From: Octopus sinensis
Taxonomy: Eukaryota
Assembly: GCF_006345805.1 (NCBI RefSeq)
Contig: NC_043003.1
Location: forward strand, 60,264,001-60,328,000
Reading direction: 5' to 3'
Length of the DNA stretch: 64,000 bases
The translations under genes were made by a program, and so were the position numbers. Shown piece after piece: positions 1-13,319 of the stretch. The notes below the pieces were generated by a model. It saw only the letters and a list, made by a program, of their open reading frames with translations, did no database searches and had not been told where the DNA came from. How positions within the stretch are numbered: position 1 is the first letter of the stretch; each line of letters opens with the position of its first letter.

Positions 1-157
1 CAGACATGTATTAGAGTTTTGTATTATCTGATTAGTGAAATATTTATGAGATCATCGCTACGTATTGTATATCTAGCAGATTAACTCACAGTATCTCTCA
101 CTAATCCCCAACTACTGGTATGACAATTACAGTTTTTCTCAGCTCTGACAATCTAAT

Positions 158-540
158 TGCAGCCATGACTGTGTGGTAAGGAGCTTGCTTCCCGACGTCA
201 TGTTTCCAGGTTCAGTCCCACTGCGTGGCACCTTGTGTGAGTGTCTTCTACTACAGCATCGGGCCGACCAAAGCTGAGTGGAGTTGGTAGGAAATGGAAA
301 GGAGCACGTCGTATATATATATATACAAATACAACCACACACACACACACACACATATATATGTATATATATATGCTTGTGTGTCTGTGTTTGTCCCTTC
401 ACCATCGCTTGACAACCGATGCTGGTGTGTTTATGTCCCCGTAACTAGCTGTTCGGCTTACAAAGAATAGATCCTGGGGTCAAATTGTTCAACTAAAGGC
501 GGGGCTTCAGAATGGCCGCAAAGAAGGAATAAAAGAATAT
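158..540 (+). mobile_element. tRNA-derived SINE, family A (my label), near full length with internal (TA)/(CA) microsatellite
   Basis: Head CTGTGTGGTAAG...GGTTCAGTCCCACTGCGTGGCACCTTG, internal microsatellite, then GTCTGTGTTTGTCCC...GACAACCGATGCTGGTGTGTTTA...CTGGGGTC. Matches the copies at 31155-31576 and 47571-47978. Confidence 0.85.
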
Positions 541-590
541 TAAGTGGTTAGACCGTTGAACTGTACTTATTTGATATTTCTACGCGGAAA

Positions 591-790
591 GGCAGCGAAT
601 TAGCAGCATCGCTGGCACGCCGGGCGAAAGGATTTGCGGTATTTCGTTCGTCTTTGCATTTTAAGTTCAAATTCTGCCGAGGTCGACTTTGTTATTCATC
701 ATTTCGGGGTCGGTAGGATAAGTACCAACTGAGGACTGGGATTCGATTTAAACAACATCCCCCTCCCTCATTCCGAATTTTCTGGGTTTG
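591..790 (+). mobile_element. SINE family B (my label), diverged copy
   Basis: GGCAGCGAATTAGCAG...GCCGGGCGAAA...GTTCAAATTCTGCCGAGGTCGACTTTG...TCGGGGTCG; colinear with the younger copies at 46619 and 47122. Confidence 0.8.
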
Positions 791-835
791 ATCCAAAATT
801 TAAACCAATATTTCTATGCGTAAGGGAAAGCATAG

Positions 836-990
836 TTACGTAGTTAAGAAGCTCACTTTGCAATACCTCGTCAGGAGGGTTCAATCCCACTGCGTGATAC
901 CTTGTCCTATAGGGAATTTGGTGGGTGGAAAATGTGCTGAAACCCGCCGTATATATATATGTGTGTGTGTGAGTGTGTGTGTGTATAATC
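836..990 (+). mobile_element. Degenerate 5' part of SINE family A
   Basis: GGGTTCAATCCCACTGCGTGATACCTTG...GAAACCCGCCGTATATATAT resembles the family A head and core. Confidence 0.55.
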
Positions 991-1112
991 AAAGTACAGA
1001 AATGGTGTATTCCGAATGAACTAGGTAATGTAATCTGATGGTAGAAAGAATTCCGTGAATTAGAAACTCCAAAGTCAGTGAGAAGGCCATATATGTGTGT
1101 GTTTATGCCCAG

Positions 1113-1268
1113 AGAGCATGGAGCACTATCCGAAAGTTTATGCAGCAGCAGAGCAGCGGAAAACCCAGCGTCATACAGGCGTGTGATAGGCTAGACAACG
1201 AAATGAATGAAATCCGCCGAAAGAAGATGCATCAGCCGACAATTTTTGAGAGCTTCGGGATTAACTAA
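1113..1268 (+). pseudogene. Possible C-terminal remnant of a pogo/Tigger-like transposase
   Basis: Manual translation gives RAWSTIRKFMQQQSSGKPSVIQACDRLDNEMNEIRRKKMHQPTIFESFGIN*. The basic KK-x-Q-x-TI-x-x-F ending resembles Tigger-type transposase C-termini. No catalytic motif is visible. Confidence 0.25.
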
Positions 1269-1408
1269 AAGCAATCTGAACTTAATAAACTTGGATGTCT
1301 TCTTTTTACCATTGCATTGAACTTCTTATTGGCCTTACTTCCTACCCTATGAATTTTTATTCGTATGTTCAGTAAATTTTTGGTTATGTAGTGTTTAGAT
1401 AACAGACC

Positions 1409-1442
1409 CTCGGTACTATGCCACTCTCGGTACTATGCCACT
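1409..1442 (+). repeat. Perfect 17-bp tandem duplication
   Basis: CTCGGTACTATGCCACT at 1409-1425 and 1426-1442. Confidence 0.95.
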
Positions 1443-1484
1443 TTGGCTCAGTCCCGCAGGGTGACATAGTAGCGAGAGTTGACT

Positions 1485-1765
1485 GTATAGCCTCAGGCTG
1501 ACCACAGTCTCGTGAATGGATTTGGAAGATGGAAACTGAAAGAAACCTGTACTATATGTGCATATCTATATTTGTCCCCCACCACTACTTGACAACCTGT
1601 GTTTGAACATTTATATCCCCGTAATTTCTTTAAAAGTTATCGATAGAACAAGTACCAAGCTTTAAAAAGACATTATAATGAGTGGGGTCGATTCGTTTGA
1701 AAGAAAATTCTTCAAGGTGGTGTATAGCAGCACACTAATGACTGAAACAAGAGAAAGATATAAAC
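1485..1765 (+). mobile_element. Degenerate SINE family A (3' two-thirds)
   Basis: GGATTTGGAAGATGGAAACTGAAAGAAACC...TTTGTCCCCC...TTGACAACC...GGGGTCGATTCGTTTGA...CTAATGACTGAAACAAG. Confidence 0.7.
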
Positions 1766-1913
1766 CGATAAAGAAACAATCTCTGATTCATGAAACCTCT
1801 AATATTTCGTTATTCGTTAGTATAAGCTCTAAGGCCGGTAAAGTGCGAACATGTCATAAACTGCTTTAACTGTTGTTAACAGCATCCTACCACAGTTGCT
1901 ACAGACGCTACAC

Positions 1914-1972
1914 CTGCTGCTGCTGCTGTTGCTGCTGCTGCTGTTGCTGCTGCTGCTGTTGCTGCTGCTGCT
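1914..1972. repeat. (TGC)n/(TGT) trinucleotide microsatellite
   Basis: Interrupted TGC run; it produces the poly-Cys ORF artefact. Confidence 0.95.
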
Positions 1973-2221
1973 ACTATTTTACTCTTCCTATTACTGCAAT
2001 CAATGCTGCCATTAATGTTGTGTCAGCACTTAACTCAGCTTACCAACAACATAAGTAAAATCGTAAATAGATTATGAATGGTCAATATAAAGTGGGGGGG
2101 CGGGGGAACCGATCAACGAAATTCTTATCTGTGAAATGCATATGCACATACATAGGCACACACGCACGCACGCACGCACGCACATATTCACACAGACATA
2201 AAAACAGAAACACAAACACAG

Positions 2222-2449
2222 CTATATATATCTACATATATATATATTCATATATATATACATATATATATACATATATACATATATATACATATATATA
2301 TATTATTATATATATACACATATATATATATATATATAAATTCATATATATATACAAATACATATATATATATACTTATATACATATATATATACATATA
2401 TATATATATACACATATATATCCAGATATATACGTATTTATATCTGTAC

Positions 2450-2496
<47 letters not shown>

Positions 2497-2530
2497 TATA
2501 TATATATATATATGTGTGTGTGTGTACATG
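2222..2530. repeat. Complex (TA)n/(CA)n microsatellite
   Basis: Direct inspection. Confidence 0.95.
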
Positions 2531-2752
2531 CATAAGTACGCGTGGTAAAACCGAAAATAGATCATTATGAAATGCAACCAGAGGCGAATTACTTGTGGTT
2601 TAGATATTATTTATTTAAGGCTTTTAGTCTCACCTAATCGAAATTAATCAATTTTTCATTGACTGCAAGACTGCGAGACTCAGAAACAAATAACTTTAGA
2701 CTTGGGAAGAGACACAGTCCCGTAAGTCCTTTCACATTGATTAGCAAATGCT

Positions 2753-2789
2753 GTATGTATGTATGTATGTATGTATGTATGTATGTATG

Positions 2790-2818
<29 letters not shown>
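2753..2818. repeat. (TATG)n microsatellite
   Basis: Pure tetranucleotide run. Confidence 0.95.
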
Positions 2819-2820
<2 letters not shown>

Positions 2821-2942
2821 GCAAGTATGTATACACATACAAACATATATTACAATAGACACATGCATATATGTGTCTGCATATGTACGTGTGTGCACGT
2901 GTGTGTTCGTATATATCTACACATACATATATGCATATATAT

Positions 2943-2994
<52 letters not shown>

Positions 2995-3213
2995 GTACAT
3001 ATATGTATATATTCAGATGTATGTAGGTATGTAGATAAATATATTACCCTGCATGTGGGTACACGAGTGTACAAGTGTGTATGCGTGTATAGGTGTTGAT
3101 GTGAGTGGGCCGTATGCTGTGTTTATGAGTTTGTGTGAAAAAGAAAATGAAGGTATAGTGAAAGCACGTGGTTAAAAGAAGAAAATGCATTTAGAGTTCA
3201 CTTCAACGAAAGA

Positions 3214-3214
<1 letters not shown>

Positions 3215-3270
<56 letters not shown>
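3215..3270. repeat. (AAT)n microsatellite
   Basis: Pure trinucleotide run. Confidence 0.95.
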
Positions 3271-3271
<1 letters not shown>

Positions 3272-3969
3272 GTAATCAGTTGTTAGATTTTAAAGAAGCA
3301 TTCATTATTACCCAGCGAATAACTTTACAATTGGCGTTCATTCATGCATGAATAATCGACGCTGATCTGTACATTTAGTTACCATGAAAAATACCTTTGC
3401 CAAAAGCTCTATGTGCAGGCAGCTTTGATTGTGTTTTTTTTTCTTTACCTTTTCGTTGTCGTTTTGTTTTGTCTTTATTTCATGCCCTCTAGACACTTTT
3501 AAGAAGGTAATAAGTGTAGGCTTAAGTGCTACTTGGCCAAGAGCACATTGAACAAACACAAAGCACCTGAACTTACTTGACTGAAATATAATCATAAAGA
3601 TTATCATTATCATAGTAAGAATCATAACCATCACCGTTATTATAATCATTACTATCCATTACTCTTGTTATTACCGTGTCTGTTCCTGCTCTTATTTTTC
3701 CCTCTGATTTCACGAGTTTTTTTTTTGTTTTTTTTTTTAAGGTAAAGTAAACTATCAGGTCGGCTTAGAATACAATGTGGTTCGATTTCTGATATGACTC
3801 ATTTTAATTAAGGCAATTTATATGACTATAGATCTTCCAAAATGTGTAAATGAGTTACAAACCAATTTTTCATTTTCCGTTCAATGGGAAACGCTTTGTG
3901 TATAAGCAAGAGAGAGGGCTATTGTTATGGTGGAATATAAATACATAATTTTTAATAATTTTTTATAGT

Positions 3970-4040
3970 AAGGCCGTGCTCCAGCATGGCCGCAGTCAAA
4001 TGACTGAAACAAGTAAAAGAGAGTAAAAGAGAAAAGAGTA
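3970..4040 (+). mobile_element. 5'-truncated 3' end of SINE family A
   Basis: AAGGCCGTGCTCCAGCATGGCCGCAGTCAAATGACTGAAACAAGTAAAAGAGAGTAAAAGAG is the family A 3' end with its repeated tail. Confidence 0.85.
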
Positions 4041-5404
4041 AATTTTATTTCATGTATATTAAAATAAAACGACTTTGTTGCTCAGGTCCGTTAGATCTTC
4101 AGCAACTTCAATAAAACACAAAAGTTCGAAACAAATTTTAGGCACATTTAAACAAGTTTGCAGTAGCGGCAATAATGTCGACGATAGTGGAAGTTTTCCT
4201 TCTACTCTCCTTTGCAGTAGACGGAAAACCTTTAGATGTTTGTAACACCTCATAAGTGTTACCTTTGTCTGTACCATTTACTACTAGAAAGTGTTGCAAG
4301 TCACTTGACAGAGTTATCAGGCCCGGGATGGCTTTGCTGCTTTCTAGATTCACTTAGATGAATAGTTTCATCTCTGTGTCCGAACAATTTTTGTTTTGTA
4401 GCCTCTGCAGATTTTCTATTTTTCTGTATCAAGCATATCGCCGCTACTAGGCAGCGCACGTCGCACACATTAATACATCATACTGTCAGGCTGAGGTAGG
4501 TCAGTATGAGGATCGGTTCGCCACTCTTTAGGAATGTTACAGAATGTTTCCTGGCTTCAGTGGTGAATCAAAGTCACAAATCTGACCATAACCGTACCGA
4601 ATCTTATACCTCAAACAATGTATGAAATGGTGCGCTAATTTCATCCAAGACACTTTTCAAACTGGGTTTGTTTCGCTTGCACTGCTTTCCTGTAATTATG
4701 TCCTATATAAATATATAGAGAGATTATGTAGAGGTTCCTATTTTGGTGTACGCAGCAGAAAGCACGAACCACAACTTGATTTATGTTGGTTGTACAACAG
4801 AATAATTAAACAAAAGATTTAGTGGGCACAGATATGATCTCAGGTACAATAACAGTAGTTCGACAGGACTTACCGAACATTTTGCTTCAAACAGCTGCAA
4901 TTTTGAAAAACATATGAAAGTGCATATTCTCAGAAAATATTCTGAATCTGCTACACCTTCAGTACTCAAAATGTATGAGGAGAAATATGTTTCCGGGTTA
5001 TAAACATCACGTCCTGATGGCATGAATAAAATGACAGGAGAATTTCATCAAATTTACACAAAACTGTTTGATTAAATACTCTTCTTCTTCTTTTTCTTTT
5101 TCCATCCTTTTTTTTTATTATTTTCTTTTTATATTTGCCAGTTGTAAAACTGAACTTTGAAGACTAATGAGATCATTCCATCAACGTATGGACGCTGGTT
5201 ACTCTCGTTCAAATTTTAGATTTAAATTTCTATACTTTTGAATTTTTATCACTTTTCATTTTGAACTCGACAAAGACAAGCTTGCTGTCGAAATATCCTT
5301 CAACCAATAAAATATCAATTGCAATCGCATCGTGTTCTTTGTATTGCATAATAATAATGATAACAACAATACTAATAAGGATAATAATAATAAGAAGAAG
5401 AAAA

Positions 5405-5415
5405 AGTAGTAGTAA

Positions 5416-5480
<65 letters not shown>
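5405..5480. repeat. (TAG)n microsatellite
   Basis: Pure trinucleotide run. Confidence 0.95.
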
Positions 5481-5830
5481 ATCTGCAAAGCCCGTTGAAT
5501 TGACTGTAACTGTTTAAATAAGACAGATCTCCGTCGTTCCATTTAAATACACAGTCAAGTCTTTTGGCGCCTTTATGGAAGGTAAACTATTGCAAACATT
5601 CGTGTCCACATCTCACTGGTCTGGGGATCACTTGCGTCATTGTTAGCACAATTTGTAACCCCTTTAAGGGGTAGGATGGCTACCCTTCGTTTACTTGACA
5701 AAACACAAAAAGGACAAAATCCTCAGAGCATAAGACCGAAGTAAAATTTCTTGCATTGATAAAATGAAGTCTCAGTTAAACACTAGTGTCAATCAAATCG
5801 ACTTATTGTGTCTTCTCAAATCTTTCTATA

Positions 5831-6270
5831 TTAGGAATCAATTATCACAAACGGTTGAATCCCAGAAAAAATTACTTTTAGCATTAGGACATAACGATTT
5901 AAAAAGTTTGAATTCAAATTTTCCGGTACGTAGTACATAGTTTTTCTTACGATGGAGGTGGAAAACATATTTAATCCTGCTATAAATGGAATACTATAGC
6001 AAGCCTTATATTCCTGCTTTTTAACTCTCATCGAATCAGGTTCCTTTCCTAGTTTCTCAAATACAGCTCTTATCATTACCCCCATTAGTGTCATTTTGAA
6101 TGTTTCAAATTCGCTGCTTATACAGAATAATATAAACTTGGTCGCTTATTGAAAGGTATCTGGGATCAGAAATTGTCAAACAATTCACTCTATTAATATT
6201 TACTATACTATGTGGGATATAAATGAAAATATATCTTCATTTGTCTAGAATATTCTCACTTCCCATGTAA
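5831..6270 (-). mobile_element. Possible highly decayed Penelope-like element (thumb/linker region)
   Basis: Minus-strand fragments ...NRVNCLTISDPRYLS... and ...YSIPFIAGL... resemble PLE 'RAxxIxxPxYL' and 'xPYIxGL' segments. Many stops; similarity judged by eye only. Confidence 0.3.
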
Positions 6271-6682
6271 GTCAATCCTAGTAAGTTGTAAACATTATCT
6301 TGAATCAACTAAATCAGATATTTTCCACTCCTGGGCAAAGATCTTCATTGCATTTCTCCATAATTTTACATTTTGTTTCTGATATTCAATTTTGATTTTG
6401 TTTCCAACTTTCGTCAAATATTTTCAGTTTCACCGCCACCCCATCTTCTTCCTCGTCGTCCCCTGTTTCTCTTGCAGAATCTCAGAATACAACCTGTCAG
6501 CTTTTTTATTTCCTTTTTCTTTCTGCCTATTTGTTATGTCAAATACCAATTTATAACGATGCTGCAAGTTGTTTATTTAATAATTACACATAACACTTTA
6601 ATCTGATTGACTTAATTCTCACTCTGCAAAGATTTTGTCAGATATCATTTTTGCTCCATTTTAAACTACAAATATATATTCA

Positions 6683-7127
6683 CTAGCAGTATAGTCTGGC
6701 GTTGCTCGAGTTTGTTTTTTAGTTGCGCTTAAAACGGGCAGACTTTGATGTCGCGTTAACAAAGTTTTGACATAGTTTCAATCTTTTCTGAAAAGTAAAA
6801 ATTTTGCATTACGTAGCTTTTTTATTCTCTTTAAGTGAACATTTTCTGGTTGAAATATACCGAAAAATGGCGACACAGCTGTCAAAAAATCGTAAAACAT
6901 GGGGACTTTCATAGAAAAAGAGCACTTTTTTTTATGTAAGTAATTTTTGGTCTTAACATGGTCCGATTAGAATTTTTTCTTCTACGGAATGAAAAGCAAG
7001 CCTTCTTTTCTCTCAATTTTGGTCAACTTGCGCCGCAGGGTCTCGGAGGAGATAGTGTTAGTTGAAGGCTACCAAACCTGCCACACACACACACACATAC
7101 AGACAACTTCAGCGTTATATGTATAGA
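6683..7127 (-). mobile_element. Non-autonomous Helitron
   Basis: The minus strand begins A|TCTATACATATAACGCTGAAGTTGTCTGT and ends CAAACTCGAGCAACGCCAGACTATACTGCTAG|T. It has a 5' TC, 3' CTAG, decayed subterminal hairpin, an A/T insertion site and no TSD. Termini match 61161-61559. Confidence 0.75.
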
Positions 7128-7617
7128 TTATATTGTTTCCTCAAAACTTCTATTTTATCAGAAGCATTTCTTTCTTCGCTAAATACAGAAGAATGTTTCT
7201 GCAAGTCAGTTACCGATCGTGTCGAATGTGAATTAATTTCAATATCAGTGTTTATACTTTCAGGATAATAAAAACATTGCACTGCAAAGTTCTTATTCAT
7301 ATAAACCAAAGGCACGCTTGAGGGCACCGTGACTTCACAAGGAAGCAGCAAATGTTAAGTGTTGTGTGTTTAAAGTTGTCGAGAGAAATAGAATATTTAA
7401 ACCAACTAGAATAAGTAAGAGTAAGAACATGATCAGTCATCAGAAACATTATGGATGACGCAATCGCGGTCTAATATAATTCATTATACTGAGTGTGGGA
7501 GATATTTGAGAACATCTTTGGTAATTTGATAAAACAACTCTAATCTAATGAAACTAAGAGTATTTTAATAAACAAAATTTGTGCACATATTATCGTTAAA
7601 GTTTTTTTTTTATAAAA

Positions 7618-7893
7618 TTATTCTATGAATCTGCCTTCGGCTTCGATGACTGCTTCAATACTGAATCGGAATTGTTGACATACTTGCGCTAAAGGGACGT
7701 TATTCCTTTCAGACATCACCAGGACAGTGGCGGCCTCCAGTAAATCTATATTATTGCGAAGTTGTTGAATAGTCTCTTTTATAACAATGCTCCAAACGTA
7801 CTGGTCGATGAGATTTAAATCTGATGAGATTGGAGGCCATAACTTTGGTGTTGCTTGATCAAAAAAATTGTCCAGCATCCATTCTTGGGTTAA
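7618..7893 (-). pseudogene. Tc1/mariner-superfamily transposase C-terminal remnant (DD37D/maT-like)
   Basis: TQEWMLDNFFDQATPKLWPPISSDLNLIDQYVWSIV...CQQFRFSIEAVIEAEGRFIE* matches the WPPxSPDLNPxD...W and 'R+EAVIEAxGGxxE' C-terminal motifs. Confidence 0.85.
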
Positions 7894-8377
7894 ATGATCT
7901 CTGGGAGAAGGTTCTATGTCTTGTTTAAATATGTATAACCTTCTACTGTCCTACTTCATCCACCCAAAATTTAACAACCATCCCCAGCATTTCAGTGCAT
8001 CAGCAGCCTTAATTCTAAGATTCTGTGGAAAGATGAGAAATGGCATTACCATTGCTACTCACCACTTCTAAAGTCATCTCAGTTGCAGAAAATTTAGTGT
8101 GCCTCATTCTAAGAACATTGGAATGTTCTGCACATAACCATCTGTTATTTTTATACTTATATTCTTGGTCTTGTCGAAGATTTTTCTGATTATAGAGAAC
8201 TAAAGTATGCCATATTCGCGAGGATTTTTAACTTTGCCAAGTAACCGTTGTTACCAATAAAACACTTTTCCTAGTTCTTTGCAGATAACAGTCGGCATCC
8301 TTTCAGCATATACGACTTGTGTAAAATATTCTTGTTCCCTACAGTTCTGATGTCTACACCGAGACCTGAAGATGTTA

Positions 8378-8601
8378 TTGTGTCTGTGTTTGTCTCATAC
8401 AACCACATGACAACCAGTGTTTGGTGTGTTTATGTCCCTGTAACTCAGCAGTTTGGCAAAAGATACCGATCGAATAAATACCGGGGTTAGAAAAGATGAA
8501 AAATTACTGGGGTCGATTCGTTCGACGAAGATTCTTTAAGAAAGTGCCCCAGCATAGCCGCAGTCTAATGACTGAAACAAATATAACATAAAAGATAAAA
8601 G
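8378..8601 (+). mobile_element. Degenerate SINE family A (3' half)
   Basis: TGTGTCTGTGTTTGTC...GACAACCAG...GGCAAAAGATACCGAT...CTGGGGTCGATTCGTTCGAC...GCAGTCTAATGACTGAAACAA. Confidence 0.75.
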
Positions 8602-8994
8602 CCGTATATAAACTATACAAAAAAAAACTATTTAAACAAATTAAAGACAGTGGTATGATTACAATTGAAATGGTTGTAGAAAGCTACACCCAATCTCTTG
8701 CACGTGCTTATCTGTTGTTGTTGTTGATGTTCGTGGTTGTGGTGGTGGTGGGGATTTTGATGGTATACTTTTCTTCTTTTTTACTTTTTTCTTTTGCATT
8801 GTATTATATGTATATTTTTTTGTTCTTTTTTTTTTGTCGGAGCTTGCGTGCCTGGGTCTCGGTGTTTCATGAAGGTTGAGACATCAAAAAAGAAAAAAGA
8901 ATTGGGAGAAAATCTGTGTTGGGCTCTATAGTCAATTATGGGGCACTGTGACAGGAATTTGAGAGTGTGAGTCACCTAGAGAAGATGGTCGATG

Positions 8995-9278
8995 TGCAGA
9001 GAGAGAAAGAGTTAAAGAGAGAGGGGAGGGGGAGAGGGGGAGAGGGGAGAGAGAGATGGAAAGTGAGAGGGAGATTGAGAGGGAGAGAGAGAGAGAGAGC
9101 AAGTAAAAATGAAACAAAACAACACAAGATAGAGAAAGAACGGAGAAGAACAGGAAGAAGAAGAAGAAGAAGAAGAAGAAGAAGAAGAAGAAGAAGAAGA
9201 AGAAGATGATGCTGATGATGATTGTGAGAGCGAGGGTGAAAAGAAAAAAGAAAGGCAAAGAACAAAAAGAAATACGAA

Positions 9279-9360
<82 letters not shown>

Positions 9361-9476
9361 TATATACATATACACATATACATATATACACACACACACA
9401 TATATATATATAATACATATATATATATACATACATATATATATTTATATATATAAATATATATATATATACATAC

Positions 9477-9536
<60 letters not shown>

Positions 9537-9545
9537 ATGTGTGTA
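8995..9545. repeat. Compound purine-rich (GA)/(GAA)n then (TA)n/(TG)n microsatellite block
   Basis: GAA run at 9154-9204, TA run from ~9280. Confidence 0.9.
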
Positions 9546-9958
9546 CTCAAAGTAAAAGTTTAGAACTGTAGAGAGAAAAAGGAATCTATATGGAAAAACT
9601 AAAACAAAGAAAGAAGGAAGGAAACAGCTAAAAAAACAAAGATCATACAAAAGAAAGAAAATAAAAATAAATAGAAAGAACGAGAGTGAAGAAAAAAGAG
9701 GAGAAAAAAGGACAAAGAAGAAAAGAAGGAAAGAAGGAAGAAAGTGGGTGGGGAACAGAAAAGAAGAATAAAGCAAAGGTGGGTAATCTGGTGGAATAAT
9801 TGTTTTTGAGCCATTGTAGAGGGGGTGGAGAGGAAGAATTAAAAAAAAAATAACGGGAGTGGTGGGGTGAGTAGGGTAACTATAAAAAAAAAGGGATGAG
9901 GGCAGAGCGATACGGTAAGGCGACGAGGCACGAGGTAAGACATAGGGTAGCTGATAGT

Positions 9959-10067
9959 CCACCACCGCCACCACCACCACCACCGCCACCACCACAACCA
10001 CAATAATAATAATCTTCGTCGTTGTTGTCATCATCATCATCAACATCATCTTCATCATCATCATCAG

Positions 10068-10101
<34 letters not shown>

Positions 10102-10157
10102 GTCATCATCATCATTATAACGATCACCATCCTTACCATCATCATCATTATTGTCAT
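9959..10157. repeat. (CAC)n/(CAT)n trinucleotide microsatellites
   Basis: Direct inspection; source of the poly-Met 381-aa ORF artefact. Confidence 0.9.
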
Positions 10158-10519
10158 AATCTACCAGGTAATATCGTCAAATTTCAATACCATTTTCTTA
10201 TCTTTATCTCGTATCTCTTCAATCTTTTTCTTTATAATTTGTCTTCTTTTCACCTTTTTTTTTTTTTGGTCTTTCTTCCTTCATTTCTTTCTTTCTTTCA
10301 TTCTTACTTTCTTTTTATCGTTCTTTCTTTCTCTTCTTTTTCGCCTCCACTCTTTCACACGATTTATCTCTCTAACTAATCTTGCCATCCGTCCCTGCAT
10401 AGTATTTGCCACCATCAACCCACCCCCCAACTCCAATGATACAGTTCTTTGTCTCAACAACTATTTTAGACCACCTCACTCTAGACTACACACATATCTT
10501 TTCACTTTCAACTCACCGT

Positions 10520-11107
10520 TTTCACACACACACACGCACACACACACACACACGCACTTACAAACACACATCTAAACAAACAACATATATAGGTCTACTT
10601 GCATGTTCATACATACAGATGAAAGCAAGTACATAAACGAACGTAAGACACACACACATTTATATATAAACACACACAAATATCTATCTACATGTATATA
10701 TATATATATACATATATGTGTGTGTGTATATATGCATACATACACATAGGTATGTATGCATATATATAAACGGACACACACACACACACACATATATATA
10801 TATCCATGTGTGTGTATGTAAGTATGTATGTATGTATGTGTGTGTGTACGCGCAGAGAGCGGAGGAAGAAGAAAAAGACCTCGCTAAAGAATATACAAAA
10901 GCAGACATACATAGGATATAATTAGCGCACACATAATTCCACACGCATGTAATTACTAGCACCTTTCTTAAACATCTATATATATAATTAGTAGCGTTGC
11001 ACGCACGCTGAGCTGCATACTCACACATACTCTTATGAAAAAAAATCTATATTCATGCACACCCACAGACAATTGAATACGTATGATATACATACACACA
11101 CACATGC

Positions 11108-11147
<40 letters not shown>

Positions 11148-11227
11148 CTATATATATATATATATATATATAGATAGATATGCGTGTGTGTGTGTATGTA
11201 TATATATGTATATATGTGTATGTATTT

Positions 11228-11258
<31 letters not shown>

Positions 11259-11469
11259 AAATACGGACATGTATGCATACATATTAATACTTGTGTGTAT
11301 ACACATACATAAACATATGTGTGTGTATAAATACATATATATATATACATATATATGTATATATATATGTGTGGGGGGGGTTGAGTGTGTGTATGTATAT
11401 GTATATATGTATATATATGTATATACATATGTACAGGCAGATATATATATATACATACTACTAATGAAC

Positions 11470-11517
<48 letters not shown>

Positions 11518-11720
11518 ATGTATGTATATATAAACTCTGCATATACACATATACAGGTTTTCATAAGCATACCATCAAATACATGTACACATAAATACAT
11601 ACATCCACATGCAAACGCCTCATGCACACTCGCACACACACACACACACACTCTCACATACACACACACGTACACACACACACACACACTCTCACATACA
11701 CACACACGTACACACACGCG
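10520..11720. repeat. Extended compound (CA)/(TA)/(TG) microsatellite region
   Basis: Direct inspection. Confidence 0.9.
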
Positions 11721-12168
11721 GAAACAGTGATAACCACATATCTACTTACCTACCTATTATAGTTTCCACTGACTCATTCATTTACTAGAATTAAAGAATT
11801 CTCGTGACAGAATTTATATATTCTTTCATGCTTCTTTGATATTAAATATAGAACTGAGAACAAAGTCTATAAAAAAAACAAAAATTCATAAAAAATATAA
11901 AACAAAAACATTTTTTAAAAAAACCGTATCTCAGAATACGCACATGTAAAAAAAATTGACAAGTCTACAACCTTGGTAATAAAATATAACTCTTTCTAGA
12001 ACTCTGTAGACCACTCTCGTCTTCTATAATCAGTAGACGGAGTTTTTTGTTTTTTTTAGTTTAGTTAACGAAAGACATGATACTAATAGAATCATTTCGT
12101 TTATTGTGAAATCCATTATTATCACTCTAGTTAGTAAAACTTGTGCAGGGGCAACTATAGTCACTCAA

Positions 12169-12241
<73 letters not shown>

Positions 12242-12562
12242 CACGCACACACACGCACATACATAAGCACATACGTGCATACATTCTGTCTTTCTCTCAT
12301 TATTTATATATATATATATATATTTATAGAGAGAGAGAGAGAGATAGATAGAAAGATAGATAGTTTCAGATTAATTAGGTACTTAAGTTGAGGCACCAGA
12401 ATTTAGTACAGTATTATCCATACAGTTTCAAAATAAGATGATTAAAATCAAAATAAGCAACAGGATATCCAGAGATAATGCAGTACCATCGTTTCAAGCG
12501 ACTCCATTTAATTGAACAATGCAACTATTACATCAATTTAAATGCAGAGCACTCCTCAGCTG

Positions 12563-12713
<151 letters not shown>

Positions 12714-13281
12714 AGGCGAACTGGCAGAATCATTAACACGCCGGACAAAATGCTTAGCGTACTTCTCCTGTCGGTATCGTCACTGATTTTCTTCTACTTC
12801 TTTTGCTTTTATGTGGTTTTATAAGTTTTTCTTATGCTCCCACTTCTCTCTCTTTCTTTCTTTCACTCTCTCTCTCTCGCTCCCTCTCTCTGCCTCACTG
12901 GTCACACATACGAGGTTTTGAGAGATACATGGCACTGTTCGAACTTTTTTCATATGATGCTTTGTCTGTCCAATGCTAATTTGCGTAACCGAGAAATATG
13001 CTTCAGCATCGTTTGCTGTATTTATTGCTGGACACCGATGAGGTGAAGTGCATAATTGCGTAAGGTCTCTGCTACTGAAATGCATTTATTTCAGTATTTT
13101 GATCAAACAAGTGTACCTTATATAACATATTGCACACATACCTGTTTTCTGCCTATTGTTGTTTTATATGCACAAACACGCCCACACCCCACACACAATG
13201 TATATATGTTTATATACGTATATATGTACGTGTGCGCTCGCTCGCATAAACATTCGAATATCTGCGTGTGTTTGTTTATAA

Positions 13282-13319
<38 letters not shown>

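Noticed and set aside
1873-2058. Poly-Cys ORF, or poly-Gln on the opposite strand
   Set aside because: Simple TGC repeat with no convincing splice signals or flanking coding character.
4059-4400. Overlapping minus-strand ORFs (MNLESSKAIPG...)
   Set aside because: Short, interrupted by stops upstream, no recognisable motif; possibly an old retroelement ORF1 fragment but not supportable.
9012-10157. 381-aa ORF and other long ORFs rich in YI/HT/CV/poly-M/poly-R/poly-S (for example 8972-9550, 29124-29699, 32856-33368, 41204-41833, 42248-42931)
   Set aside because: They are translations of di- and trinucleotide microsatellites, which lack stops by construction; no protein-like content.
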